Shown in pieces: positions 18,140-27,326 of a DNA stretch of 64,000 bases. The position numbers and the translations under genes are program-made. The first letter of the stretch is position 1. Each line of letters begins with the position of its first letter. Source of the stretch: Promethearchaeota archaeon (GTDB lineage: Archaea > Asgardarchaeota > Lokiarchaeia > Sigyniarchaeales > SOKP01); assembly GCA_048940925.1 (NCBI GenBank), contig JBHLOC010000025.1, positions 6,016 through 70,015 of the forward strand. Direction: 5' to 3'. The notes beneath the pieces are model-generated. The model saw nothing but the letters and a program-made list of their open reading frames with translations, ran no database searches and was not told the DNA's origin.

Positions 18140-19646
18140 GTTTTACTCCTAAAATATCCGCAATATGCGGATTTGGACCAATATACCTTAATCGGTCTCT
18201 ATTTGAGCGAAGAGATTCCACAGAATCTATTCCCATCGCTCCTAAAACTTCCTTTAATTCTTCATTCCAAGAATGAAATAAATTTATGATTCTTTTTTTT
18301 GAAACATCAATATCTAATCTCTTCACTAAAATTTCTTGCTGTGTTGCGATACCCCATGAACAAAGACCTCTAAAGCATTGCTGGCAGACTCGACATCCCA
18401 TTGCTATTAATACCGGTGTACAACACATAGCTATATCTGCCCCTAATGCAATAGCTTTGATCAAATCGGCAGAATATCTAATAGAGCCCCCAGCAATTAA
18501 TGTTATCTCTTCTCTCAATCCTTCTTGCCTTAACTTTTCATCAACAACTGCAATGGCTATCTCAATAGGGATCCCTGCATGATCTCTAATAATTCTTGGC
18601 GCAGCACCAGTACCCCCTCTAAAACCATCAATTGTTAGGAAATCGGCACCACCTTTAACTATTCCTATCGCAATTGGGGCTGAATTATGTACTGCCGCAA
18701 TCTTTACTCCCACAGGAACCTTATATCTTGTTGCTTCTTTTAATGCTGCTATTAATTGAGCTAAATCCTCTATTGAATAAATATCATGATGAGGATATGG
18801 AGATAATGCATCACTTCCCTGTGGAATCATACGCGTTTGCGAAATTAAATTGCTTACTTTTTCACCTGGGAGATGGCCACCGTGCCCAGGTTTTGCTCCT
18901 TGCCCTATTTTGATTTCTAGACCTGCTGCATTATGTAAATAATTAATATCCACACCAAATCTTCCTGATGCGACTTCAGTAATAATATTTGGAGCATATT
19001 CATAAAAATCTGGATGTAGACCCCCTTCTCCTGAACCTGCTACAATATTTAATTCTTTTACTGCTTGATATATTGCTTGACATGCATTGTAGCTAATTGA
19101 CCCTAAAGACATATGACCAACCATAATTGGCATATCTATTTCAAAATTAGGAAAGAGATTTGTCTTTAATGAAATATCGTTAATATCATCATAATCACCT
19201 GAAAAATTAAGCTGCTTTAACTTTCGTCCAAATATTATTTTAGTTTCTATTGTCTCTCTCAATGGATCAATACTAGGATTTGTGACTTGGCAAGCGTCAA
19301 GAAGTAGGTCATCAAAGATGGATCTAATCGGTCTATCATTGCCCGTTGCTGAAAGTAAAACGCCTCCATTTCCTGATTGAGCCCAAATTATATTTCTAAT
19401 TTTTCTAGTATAGTTACCATGTTGGGGTAAATAAGCATCATTTTGAACAATGCGTATCGCCTTTCCTGGGCACATAACTACACATCTTTGGCACGCTACG
19501 CATTTATTGTCATCAGCAATTATTCGTTCTCCATTGAAATATAGTACTCCAAATGAACAATTATTTACACATCTTTTACATTTCTTACAATTCTCTTGAT
19601 TAATATTTACTCTATAATAAGGGAGAATCTCATGTACTATAGCCAA
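18126..19646 (-). CDS. Glutamate synthase FMN-binding (central) domain protein with N-terminal 2x[4Fe-4S] ferredoxin
   Basis: CKKCKRCVNNC and CVACQRCVVMCP motifs. KIGQGAKPGHGGHLPGEKV, DGFRGGTGAAP, GGSIRYSADLIKAIALGAD. TTG start 6 nt after a GGAGGT. Confidence 0.9.
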   Translation of the reverse strand: MAIVHEILPYYRVNINQENCKKCKRCVNNCSFGVLYFNGERIIADDNKCVACQRCVVMCPGKAIRIVQNDAYLPQHGNYTRKIRNIIWAQSGNGGVLLSATGNDRPIRSIFDDLLLDACQVTNPSIDPLRETIETKIIFGRKLKQLNFSGDYDDINDISLKTNLFPNFEIDMPIMVGHMSLGSISYNACQAIYQAVKELNIVAGSGEGGLHPDFYEYAPNIITEVASGRFGVDINYLHNAAGLEIKIGQGAKPGHGGHLPGEKVSNLISQTRMIPQGSDALSPYPHHDIYSIEDLAQLIAALKEATRYKVPVGVKIAAVHNSAPIAIGIVKGGADFLTIDGFRGGTGAAPRIIRDHAGIPIEIAIAVVDEKLRQEGLREEITLIAGGSIRYSADLIKAIALGADIAMCCTPVLIAMGCRVCQQCFRGLCSWGIATQQEILVKRLDIDVSKKRIINLFHSWNEELKEVLGAMGIDSVESLRSNRDRLRYIGPNPHIADILGVKHAGE

Positions 19647-19648
19647 TT

Positions 19649-20839
19649 TTATACCTCCATTTTAGATAAATTATGTTTTATCAATGGTATTTCAAGACCA
19701 TTTTTAATTAATCCTTTCCCCTGTTTAGCTATAACAACAGATCCACTCTTCGGATGCCAAATATCAAGCAAATCGAATTTATCGTCATCAAGCATCAACC
19801 TTCTAAAGGAGGATTCTTCACTGCTCATATACACAGTATTCTTATCTTCACTAATTCCAACTACTAAAGGCCGTAGTTTTTTTCTATCAGATAATCCTAT
19901 CATAGTAGGAATAGGATCTGAATAACCAACAACAATAGAAAACGGTCCATTCAACATAGCACTTCTATAAGTTGCTCTTATATTTTTGTATATTACTTGA
20001 GTTTTATTATCTAATTTTTCAATTTCTTCATATAATGGTGGTGCTAAAGCAATAGCAACGAGAGGTATTGGGATTTTATGTTTACGGCATAATAAGTCAA
20101 ACAGATACGCGATAACTTCTGTGTCAGTAAAAAGAGTACATTTATATCCAAACGAATCTAAGTACCTTTTATTTGTTCCATAGGATGTTATCTCACCATT
20201 ATGAACCACCGAACAATTTAATAGATTAAATGGATGTGCCCCGCCCCACCATCCAGGAGTATTTGTTGGAAATCTTGAATGTGCCAACCACATATACGCT
20301 TTATATTCTGAAATTTTATAAAAATCTGCAATTTCATATGACCAGCCATTACCTTTAAAAACACCCACATCTTTGCCAGATGACATCACAAATGCATTTT
20401 CAATATTAGCATTGATAGCCATTACTATTTGGACTATTTTTTCATCGTTATCTTCGTTATTATAGTTTTCTGGATCAAAGAACACTCTCCAGATTATCGG
20501 AGGATTGATCACCTCAGAATGCATCTTTGTTGGTATAGGCTCCGATTTGATTATTTTACCATTTTTTTCCAAATATTTTAGGGTATTTGATTTTGCATTT
20601 TCATTGTCAAAAAGAAAATGAAATGCATAATAATTTTTATATTCAGGATAAATTCCGTATCCCGCAAAACCCGCACCAAGACCATTTTCTCTCTCCTTCA
20701 AAATACATAACATTTCAATTACTTTATCCCCTGAAACTCTATTCCCATCAGTGTTTATAAAACCAGATATTCCACATCCATCAAATACTCGCTGATTTCT
20801 ATATTGTGCGGGTAAAGATGTATAATTTTCCCATCTCAT
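19649..20839 (-). CDS. Glutamate synthase glutamine amidotransferase (class II / Ntn) domain protein
   Basis: DGCGISGF catalytic Cys preceded by a ~21-aa leader, HSRFPTNTPG, HNGEITSYG. Start is ATG 20839 (or GTG 20842), a few nt after the upstream TGA. Confidence 0.85.
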   Translation of the reverse strand: MRWENYTSLPAQYRNQRVFDGCGISGFINTDGNRVSGDKVIEMLCILKERENGLGAGFAGYGIYPEYKNYYAFHFLFDNENAKSNTLKYLEKNGKIIKSEPIPTKMHSEVINPPIIWRVFFDPENYNNEDNDEKIVQIVMAINANIENAFVMSSGKDVGVFKGNGWSYEIADFYKISEYKAYMWLAHSRFPTNTPGWWGGAHPFNLLNCSVVHNGEITSYGTNKRYLDSFGYKCTLFTDTEVIAYLFDLLCRKHKIPIPLVAIALAPPLYEEIEKLDNKTQVIYKNIRATYRSAMLNGPFSIVVGYSDPIPTMIGLSDRKKLRPLVVGISEDKNTVYMSSEESSFRRLMLDDDKFDLLDIWHPKSGSVVIAKQGKGLIKNGLEIPLIKHNLSKMEV

Positions 20840-20845
20840 CACTTT

Positions 20846-22194
20846 TCACTCTCTCATGTTTGAAGAATCCGGTTTTATGTTTTCATTCTCTATAATATTA
20901 AATAGTTTTTTCAAATCTCCAACTTTAGGTTTATTAGTTTCTAACCCTACTCTATTACGGGCTGATTTTGATAATAAACCAATAATTCCTTTCTGATAAA
21001 AGGAATAGAATTCACGTGCATATCCTTTTGTAGCATATCCTCGCTCTGTCGCGAGATTACGTAAAATTGAAAAAATTTCAATCATACCAACTCTCATAGG
21101 ACAAAGCTCATAACATAAATAACAATCAAGACACAGCCAAATTGACTGATCAGATATGACCTCTTCAACTCTTCCTTCAAGGAGCTTATAGACAATTTCG
21201 CTTGGTCTGAATTCGGTCAATTTTGATATGATACAGTCATCGTCACATGCTCTACATGAATAACATTTGAATAAGAAATTAGGATCGAAATATTTTCTTA
21301 TTTCCCTATTTTTTGCTTTAATATCTTCAATTTTTTTAAAAAGTGATTTGACTTGCGTTCTGTGGTACTTTTTCATCAATTCTCGAATATTAATCTCTAG
21401 GGCAATACATAATAATTCTGAATAATATAACACGGGAATATCGTAATTACGATCTTCTTTTTTTAAATCTTGTTGCAAATGATCAAATTGAATAAAACAC
21501 TGAGGACAACACACAACAATACAATCAATCTTATTCTCCTTCATACTTAATAATTTCGCATTAATTATTTCTAATGATAAATTTGGACTCCCAGCTCTCC
21601 CAAGACTTCCTCCACAACATTCCATTTTAAATTCATAATCAATACTTTGAGCACCTAAATCTCTAATCAAATCATCAAATAAAGTTGGCTCAAGTGGATC
21701 ATCAGTCTGTACTTTATTGCTTGGTCTAAGGAAGTGACAACCATAAAAAACCGCAATCCTTAACCCCGTTAATGGAAACTTTAAATTATCTTTTATCGTC
21801 TCCCTTCTGAATTTGAAAACGAATTCGACCAAATGATAAATGTTACAATCTCCACGGACTTTAAGATCAATTTTATCCAAATATTCATTGATCTTCTCTT
21901 TTAAATGATGATCTTCTTCAATTTCACCTTTCACTTTTTTGAAGGTTGTAAAACACCCATTACAAGGAGTTAAAATAGCTTTATTCTCCATCTCAGCAAG
22001 ACTAAGATTTCGAGCTGCCGTTAAATAGAACAACAATTTATTAGAATTTTTAATCCCATTCGGCTCAGGACAACAAGAAAACTTTGAATTTTCAGTAAAA
22101 GCAATCCCTAAATAATCTAATACATTTCTTATTGAAACTTCTATAAAAGGAAGCCGATATGTTATAGTGCATCCTGGGAATAAGACTATCTCAT
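20846..22194 (-). CDS. HdrB-HdrC fusion (heterodisulfide-reductase-like, two CCG domains + 2x[4Fe-4S]); start region defective or non-canonical
   Basis: Aligns with methanogen HdrB from its first residues: EIVLFPGC..SCCPEP..TPCNGC, then YGCHFLRP..MECCGGS..VCCPQC. HdrC-like CYSCRACDDDC and CLDCYLCYELCP follow. The ORF track starts at TTG 22036, but the conserved HdrB N-terminus continues in frame up to 22213 with no ATG/GTG/TTG. The only ATG (22194-22192) is one nt out of frame. Confidence 0.75.
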
Positions 22195-22394
22195 GATTAA
22201 TTATTTTAAACCTCTTTAATTATATTAAGTTATTTTAAAAGATTTTGAAAGATTTATGTAAATAGGCTAAATAAATAACATAATTTTACTTAGCTAAATG
22301 ATCTACCTTATTTACTCCTATTCTAGTTATATTTATTTGAGTCTTTATCATAATTTTTTTCACTTTTTTTCTTAACTTCAAATAAAAACTAAAC

Positions 22395-22904
22395 TTATTC
22401 GTAGATAAGAAGCTTTTTCGTCCTATCCATTTTTTGATTATTATTTACAGCTGAAAATACATATGATTCATATTCATTTTTCTTGAGTTTTTCTAAATGG
22501 GATCCTTCTAAAATTAATTCATGACTATCTAATTCTGATACGAATAAGTCCATACACGCAATTCCAGTATCACAATTCCAATTAGGTTCTTTATGTTTCG
22601 GCCCAAAAATCCTTCCAAACGGTATTGAACTATGTTCGCATATATGGATAATATTCCTGCCATAAGAATATTCCTCTCCACATTCTGGACATTCGATCAT
22701 TTTTGAAATTAATTTGCTTCTTTGGTCTAGATTACTTCCAAATGCAAAATAATTAACTTCTAGAAAGTTATCGCACCTCCATTTATAGTCATATCTTTCA
22801 TCTTTGGAGCTCAATCCGCTTTTATTGGCAATTTCTTCACAATCTTGGCATATTTTTCTGTCGTAGTAAATCTTTTTTCCACAAAATTGACATTTCAATG
22901 ACAT
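22395..22904 (-). CDS. Zinc-ribbon protein, paralog of 26925..27326
   Basis: N-terminal LKCQFCGKKIYYDRKICQDCE, a second ribbon ECPECGE..HICEH, and a shared C-terminal LIYE. Confidence 0.6.
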   Translation of the reverse strand: MSLKCQFCGKKIYYDRKICQDCEEIANKSGLSSKDERYDYKWRCDNFLEVNYFAFGSNLDQRSKLISKMIECPECGEEYSYGRNIIHICEHSSIPFGRIFGPKHKEPNWNCDTGIACMDLFVSELDSHELILEGSHLEKLKKNEYESYVFSAVNNNQKMDRTKKLLIYE

Positions 22905-22924
22905 TTTTATTCAATTCTCCAAAT

Positions 22925-23191
22925 TTAGATTGCTTTGTATAGACGTGGGCGTTTATTATAATATATCTCGAGTTTTTCAGGCATTTTTCTCTTAATTCTG
23001 TTTATAACATGCACAACTCCATTTCTGTTATGCCCATATCCCATAGCAGCTGCCCACTCCGCTGCTGTTGAAACTCCAATCTCCTTTAGTTTATCCAAGC
23101 ATATCTCTTCCCACGTTTTTAGTACTATTTGATTCTCTATTTTTATCACTCCATACTTTTTATTAACAATTTTAAGTGCATTTCTAATCAA
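22925..23191 (-). CDS. Small hypothetical protein, possible helix-turn-helix
   Basis: 88 aa, TTG start. GVSTAAEWAAAMGYGHNRNGVVHVINRI looks HTH-like. 20 nt upstream of the zinc-ribbon gene on the same strand. Confidence 0.4.
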   Translation of the reverse strand: MIRNALKIVNKKYGVIKIENQIVLKTWEEICLDKLKEIGVSTAAEWAAAMGYGHNRNGVVHVINRIKRKMPEKLEIYYNKRPRLYKAI

Positions 23192-23633
23192 AATAATGAT
23201 GGGAATCAGATCCCATTATATTATATAATAAGATAAACAAGCTCCTTAATAAAGTTTAGGATTAAAAACTAAACATTATTGCATTATTTAGCAAATTTTC
23301 TTAAATAGATCGACAAAATTATATTCATCTCTAAATAAAAAATTATAAAAAAAAATGATTAATCTGAATAATGTTCATTCTAAAAATATCTTTAATTTAA
23401 ATTTTATGGAAATACTCTAAAAAAATTTCAATAAACGGAGGTTTTTATTTAATTCCTTTTAGTGGAGTAATAAACCTAAAAATTTTTAGTTTTTTGAAAA
23501 ATAATTCTAAAGTTATCATGACCTAATGATTTCATGAATTAAAATTTCCAAGTTTATGCTTTTGAGAGCAATATTGCATTTTTAATAAAAACAAATTGAA
23601 AATAACAACCATTCAACAAATCAAATCGTCAAT

Positions 23634-23668
23634 TGATATTATAAAACAATCTGATATTATAAAACAAT
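23634..23668 (+). repeat. Tandem direct repeat, 2 x 17 nt (TGATATTATAAAACAAT) separated by 1 nt
   Basis: Exact copies at 23634-23650 and 23652-23668, ~130 nt upstream of the permease gene start. Confidence 0.8.
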
Positions 23669-23796
23669 ACAAACGAAAAATAAAGAATTAAATATCAAAG
23701 TATCAAATTTGGGTTAAATACGTCTATTTCTACTGAATTTTAATATCGATATTACAGAAATAGAAAAAAAATAACTTAATAAAGGATCAAAAGATT

Positions 23797-24828
23797 ATGA
23801 GTCTTCTCAAATACATTATTAGAAGAGTGGTTGTTATGATTCCAGTATTATTCGGAGTATTGACTTTAACATTTATTCTTAATAGATTAATGCCAGGGGA
23901 TCCGATTGCTGCTCGATTATCTGCTGCGGGAATACATAATCCCGCACAGGGTCTTTATCAACAGATGAAGTGTCAGCTTGGTCTCTGTGATCCAATAATA
24001 GTTCAATATTTTCGATATGTAGAGGAATTATTCACAGGTCAATGGGGAGTTTCTGTATCTATTGTTCGAAATGAACCTGTCTGGGATCTCATAATGGAAA
24101 GAATGCCATTGACAATAGATTTAACAGTATTTTCTGTGGCAATATCGTCCTTTTTAGGAATTAAGGCAGGAGTTATTTCAGCTGTTAATAGGAATAAAAC
24201 TATTGATACAGTAGTGAGAGGACTTGCTTTATTAGGTGTAGCTATTCCTGTATTTTTTCTAGGAATGTTATTACAATACACATTCGGTTATGTTGTAAAA
24301 ATCTTCGAGCCTACAGGATATTTGAGTATTAACATTGAAAATCCCCCATTTGTGACCGGATTTATTATAATCGATGCTATATTAGCAGGTCAGTTTTATG
24401 TTGTTATCGATTATCTATGGCATTTATGTTTACCTGTGTTTTGTCTGTCATTTATTAGTCTCGCCACTATTACACGTCAGACTCGTTCGAGCATGTTAGA
24501 AGTGTTAGAGATGGATTATGTCAGAACTGCAAGAGCAAAAGGATGTGAAGAAAAAGTAGTAATCCATTCTCATACCTTGAGAAACGCTTTAATTCCGACT
24601 GTGACTATTATAGGATTAAGTATAGCTGGTTTATTAGGAGGAGCTGTTCTTACAGAAACTACTTTTGGATTAAATGGAATGGGGAATCTTTTTGTTAATG
24701 CGATTCTCTTATATGACTATTGGGTGTTAAATGCCCTTGTATTTATGATAACAATCATTTTCATATTTGCAACTTTGCTAACTGATGTAATATACGCAAT
24801 TTTAGACCCCAGAATACGATACAGATAA
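23797..24828 (+). CDS. Peptide/nickel ABC transporter permease (DppB/OppB family)
   Basis: 343 aa. N-terminal RRVVVMIPVLFGV and the EAA-loop region DYVRTARAKGCEEKVVIHSHTLRNALIP. No partner permease or ATPase follows it. Confidence 0.9.
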   Translation: MSLLKYIIRRVVVMIPVLFGVLTLTFILNRLMPGDPIAARLSAAGIHNPAQGLYQQMKCQLGLCDPIIVQYFRYVEELFTGQWGVSVSIVRNEPVWDLIMERMPLTIDLTVFSVAISSFLGIKAGVISAVNRNKTIDTVVRGLALLGVAIPVFFLGMLLQYTFGYVVKIFEPTGYLSINIENPPFVTGFIIIDAILAGQFYVVIDYLWHLCLPVFCLSFISLATITRQTRSSMLEVLEMDYVRTARAKGCEEKVVIHSHTLRNALIPTVTIIGLSIAGLLGGAVLTETTFGLNGMGNLFVNAILLYDYWVLNALVFMITIIFIFATLLTDVIYAILDPRIRYR

Positions 24829-24902
24829 TGGTTTTTATTCACAAAAAGAGATATTTTTTACCTTCTCATCTTATTTACATTCTGCTATATCAAATTAATT
24901 AT

Positions 24903-25133
24903 TTGTAGAAAATTATTAATTAAATCATTTCAATTAACTGCAATAATTGTTAGATCAAATCCATCAGGCAAGTCGAATGTATCTTAATAGCATTTAATCT
25001 CTAGTATTTCCAAGCTTCCTCTTGACACAAAATATTAGTTTCCACTAAAGCCTCAATTGACTAAACCGAAAAGTTGTCATTTCCTTTTGGCAGAAGCACC
25101 AATAAAAGCAATAGATTTAGGGTAAAAAATTTC
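24903..25133 (-). pseudogene. Relic of the N-terminus of a CoA-binding / ADP-forming acyl-CoA synthetase-type gene
   Basis: Minus-strand reading gives EIFYPKSIAFIGASAKRK*QLFGLVN*GFSGN*YFVSRGSLEILEIKCY*DTFDLPDGFDLTIIAVN*NDLINNFLQ. This follows the PKSIAVIGAS..G..NL..GF.G.IYPVNP..EI.G.KCY.S..DIP..VDLAVIAVP pattern. It carries five in-frame stops (TGA, TGA, TAA, TAA, TGA) and then loses similarity. Confidence 0.5.
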
Positions 25134-25246
25134 TCAAAATAATTAATCTGCTTCACAGATGGAATAGATAATTTTGTAACTTAAATTTAACCCATCTTTA
25201 TGATTGATTAAATAAAAATATAAATTTTGCATCAAATGTATTAATT

Positions 25247-26104
25247 ATGCGTTCTGAGGACTATTATCAAGTTATTCAAGAAAAAGATTATTTAGTTATA
25301 ATTAGGGAGCAACTTGACAAGATTGATTCTCGCTATCTCACTAAGTATACTAATCTCTTCTTGGTTATAGGAAATAAGGAGTGTTTATTAATAGATACCG
25401 GGTGTGGATTCTTTCCTCTCAAACCTATTATAAACAAATTTCTGAACGGTAAAAAATTATATGTGGTTAATACTCATTCCCATTTTGATCATGTGGGAGG
25501 AAATGGTGAATTTGATACGATTTATATCCACGAAAATGAGGAAGCCTTCGTAAAAAATGAACTTGATTTAACTTTTCTTAAAGAAGCTCCAAATACTATA
25601 GTGAATCGCTTCAATAATACAAATTTGATTTTACCACCATCAAAAAAGATTATTCCTTTGAAAGGAGGTGAGATCTTCGAACTAGGAGGGATCGATGTTA
25701 GATGGATTCATAACGCAGGACATTCTACAGGTTCTATTTCTTTATACACAGATAAAGGAGAACTTTTTCCTGGTGATCTAGTGCATTATGGTGCTATCCC
25801 ACTTCCACCTAAGGATGATCTATCCTTTATAACAGAAAGTGTTGAAAAACTAATTAAATTATACGATGAAAAAAACATTAATGAAATATATCCTTCCCAT
25901 GAAGATTATGGTGTCTCTAAAGACATATTAACAGAATTATTGAGTCTTCTTAAAAACATCGATGATTTCTGGGAAAATCGGATACCGAATAAATTTAATA
26001 ATGCTTGGGAAATCGATATGGGCGGATTTCATCTAATGTTAAAGGTTGGAATAAAAGAACGTAAAGATTTCCGAACTAAAGTGAGACTCTTAAAAGAGGA
26101 ATAA
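25247..26104 (+). CDS. MBL-fold metallo-hydrolase
   Basis: THSHFDHVGG (HxHxDH) followed by downstream His/Asp ligands (NAGHSTG, PGDLVHYG). Confidence 0.8.
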   Translation: MRSEDYYQVIQEKDYLVIIREQLDKIDSRYLTKYTNLFLVIGNKECLLIDTGCGFFPLKPIINKFLNGKKLYVVNTHSHFDHVGGNGEFDTIYIHENEEAFVKNELDLTFLKEAPNTIVNRFNNTNLILPPSKKIIPLKGGEIFELGGIDVRWIHNAGHSTGSISLYTDKGELFPGDLVHYGAIPLPPKDDLSFITESVEKLIKLYDEKNINEIYPSHEDYGVSKDILTELLSLLKNIDDFWENRIPNKFNNAWEIDMGGFHLMLKVGIKERKDFRTKVRLLKEE

Positions 26105-26141
26105 AGTTTATAAAAAATTGAAGTTTTTCCAATAAGTATTT

Positions 26142-26645
26142 TTATGTATTATTTACTACTTTTTCTTTTTTTTTTAAAGCGGTAAAAGAACTAACTTCTT
26201 TAATGGTATTTAATACGAAATGAGTGTTGGTGTGCTCAACATATGGAGATTTATGAATATCCTTAATCATTTTACTTAATTCTTCTCGGGTTTTAAATCT
26301 CGCTAAAATAAGGGCATCATAAGTTCCTGTAATATCATACACACCAAAAACATTAGGGTTATCAGCAATCTTTTCTTCAACCTCAAACATTTTCCCCTTT
26401 GATATTGTTACCTCTATAATACCCATAATTTCATATCCTAACTTCTCAAAATTAATTTTAGCACCGTAATTTATGATAATACCTTTCTTTTCTAAATTCT
26501 CAACATGATTTTTAATTGTAACTGGTGATCCTACATCTAACTCTTTAGCAAGTTGGCGAAATGAAATTCTACTGTCTTCACTTAGTTTTTTTAGGATGTC
26601 AATATCTAAATCAGAAAAATCTTCATGGGTAGATTGCTGAGTCAT
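26142..26645 (-). CDS. Lrp/AsnC-family transcriptional regulator
   Basis: N-terminal HTH (DILKKLSEDSRISFRQLAKELDVGSPVTIKNHVENLEKKGII) plus a C-terminal RAM domain (VYDITGTYDALILARF). Confidence 0.9.
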   Translation of the reverse strand: MTQQSTHEDFSDLDIDILKKLSEDSRISFRQLAKELDVGSPVTIKNHVENLEKKGIIINYGAKINFEKLGYEIMGIIEVTISKGKMFEVEEKIADNPNVFGVYDITGTYDALILARFKTREELSKMIKDIHKSPYVEHTNTHFVLNTIKEVSSFTALKKKEKVVNNT

Positions 26646-26714
26646 AATAATAAAGAGTTATATATACATTATAAAAGTATGCAATTGTCCATAGAAAAAC
26701 TTAAGAATCGACCG

Positions 26715-26789
26715 AATGATCATTTTTTTCGACGACAAAAATTATCAAATTGTACGATCGATCACTTTATTTAAGTAATAATGATCATT
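26715..26789. promoter_or_regulatory. Two copies of the 10-bp palindrome AATGATCATT in the Lrp / zinc-ribbon-glnA divergent spacer (candidate operators)
   Basis: Exact copies at 26715-26724 and 26780-26789 (65 bp centre to centre). GTACGATC also occurs at 26752 and 26851. Confidence 0.3.
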
Positions 26790-26924
26790 TATAACTGTTA
26801 TTCTCCATTAATGTAAACATTTGAGCTAGAAAAAATTAAAATTTATATATGTACGATCATATCATTAATTATATAATTAAAAATTAGTGAAAATTCCTCT
26901 AAGTATAAAAAAGAAGATTTAGAT

Positions 26925-27326
26925 ATGAAAAAAATGCCATTAAAATGCCCTATATGTGGAAAAAAATATTATTATGATAGTAAAATTTGCCATGAATGCG
27001 AAGATTATTCAAAATATAGTGGTTTGACAAATCAAGATGAGTATTATGTTCAAAAATGGAATTCTGGTGTTTTTTTAGGATTTGATTCCATAACATTTGG
27101 AAGACAAAAAGCAGATAATTTATATATTAAAATTGCTTCTGAACCAAAATTCACGAAATTCAAATCCAGGAAAGACTATAAATGGAACTGTGAGTCAAAT
27201 GTTAGATTTAGGAATTATATTACTCAAAAAGATCATCTTTATCAATTAAATGCGCTTAAGCATTTAACTACTGAAAATTCAAGGTTTTTTGGAAGAGATA
27301 CTAATAATTCATTGATTTATGAATAA
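26925..27326 (+). CDS. Zinc-ribbon protein, paralog of 22395..22904
   Basis: LKCPICGKKYYYDSKICHECE, shared internal blocks (SGL..D.Y..KW, K..KWNC) and a shared C-terminal LIYE. Lies 100 nt upstream of glnA on the same strand. Confidence 0.6.
   Translation: MKKMPLKCPICGKKYYYDSKICHECEDYSKYSGLTNQDEYYVQKWNSGVFLGFDSITFGRQKADNLYIKIASEPKFTKFKSRKDYKWNCESNVRFRNYITQKDHLYQLNALKHLTTENSRFFGRDTNNSLIYE

Noticed and set aside
16525-25133. Possibility that the in-frame stops in the GOGAT-like and acyl-CoA-synthetase-like relics reflect stop-codon recoding (Sec/Pyl or a variant genetic code).
   Set aside because: Both TAA and TGA are involved. The stops align with different, unrelated residues of the family consensus. 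The fragments are truncated and one is also frameshifted. All well-supported genes in the window terminate normally at TAA, TAG or TGA.
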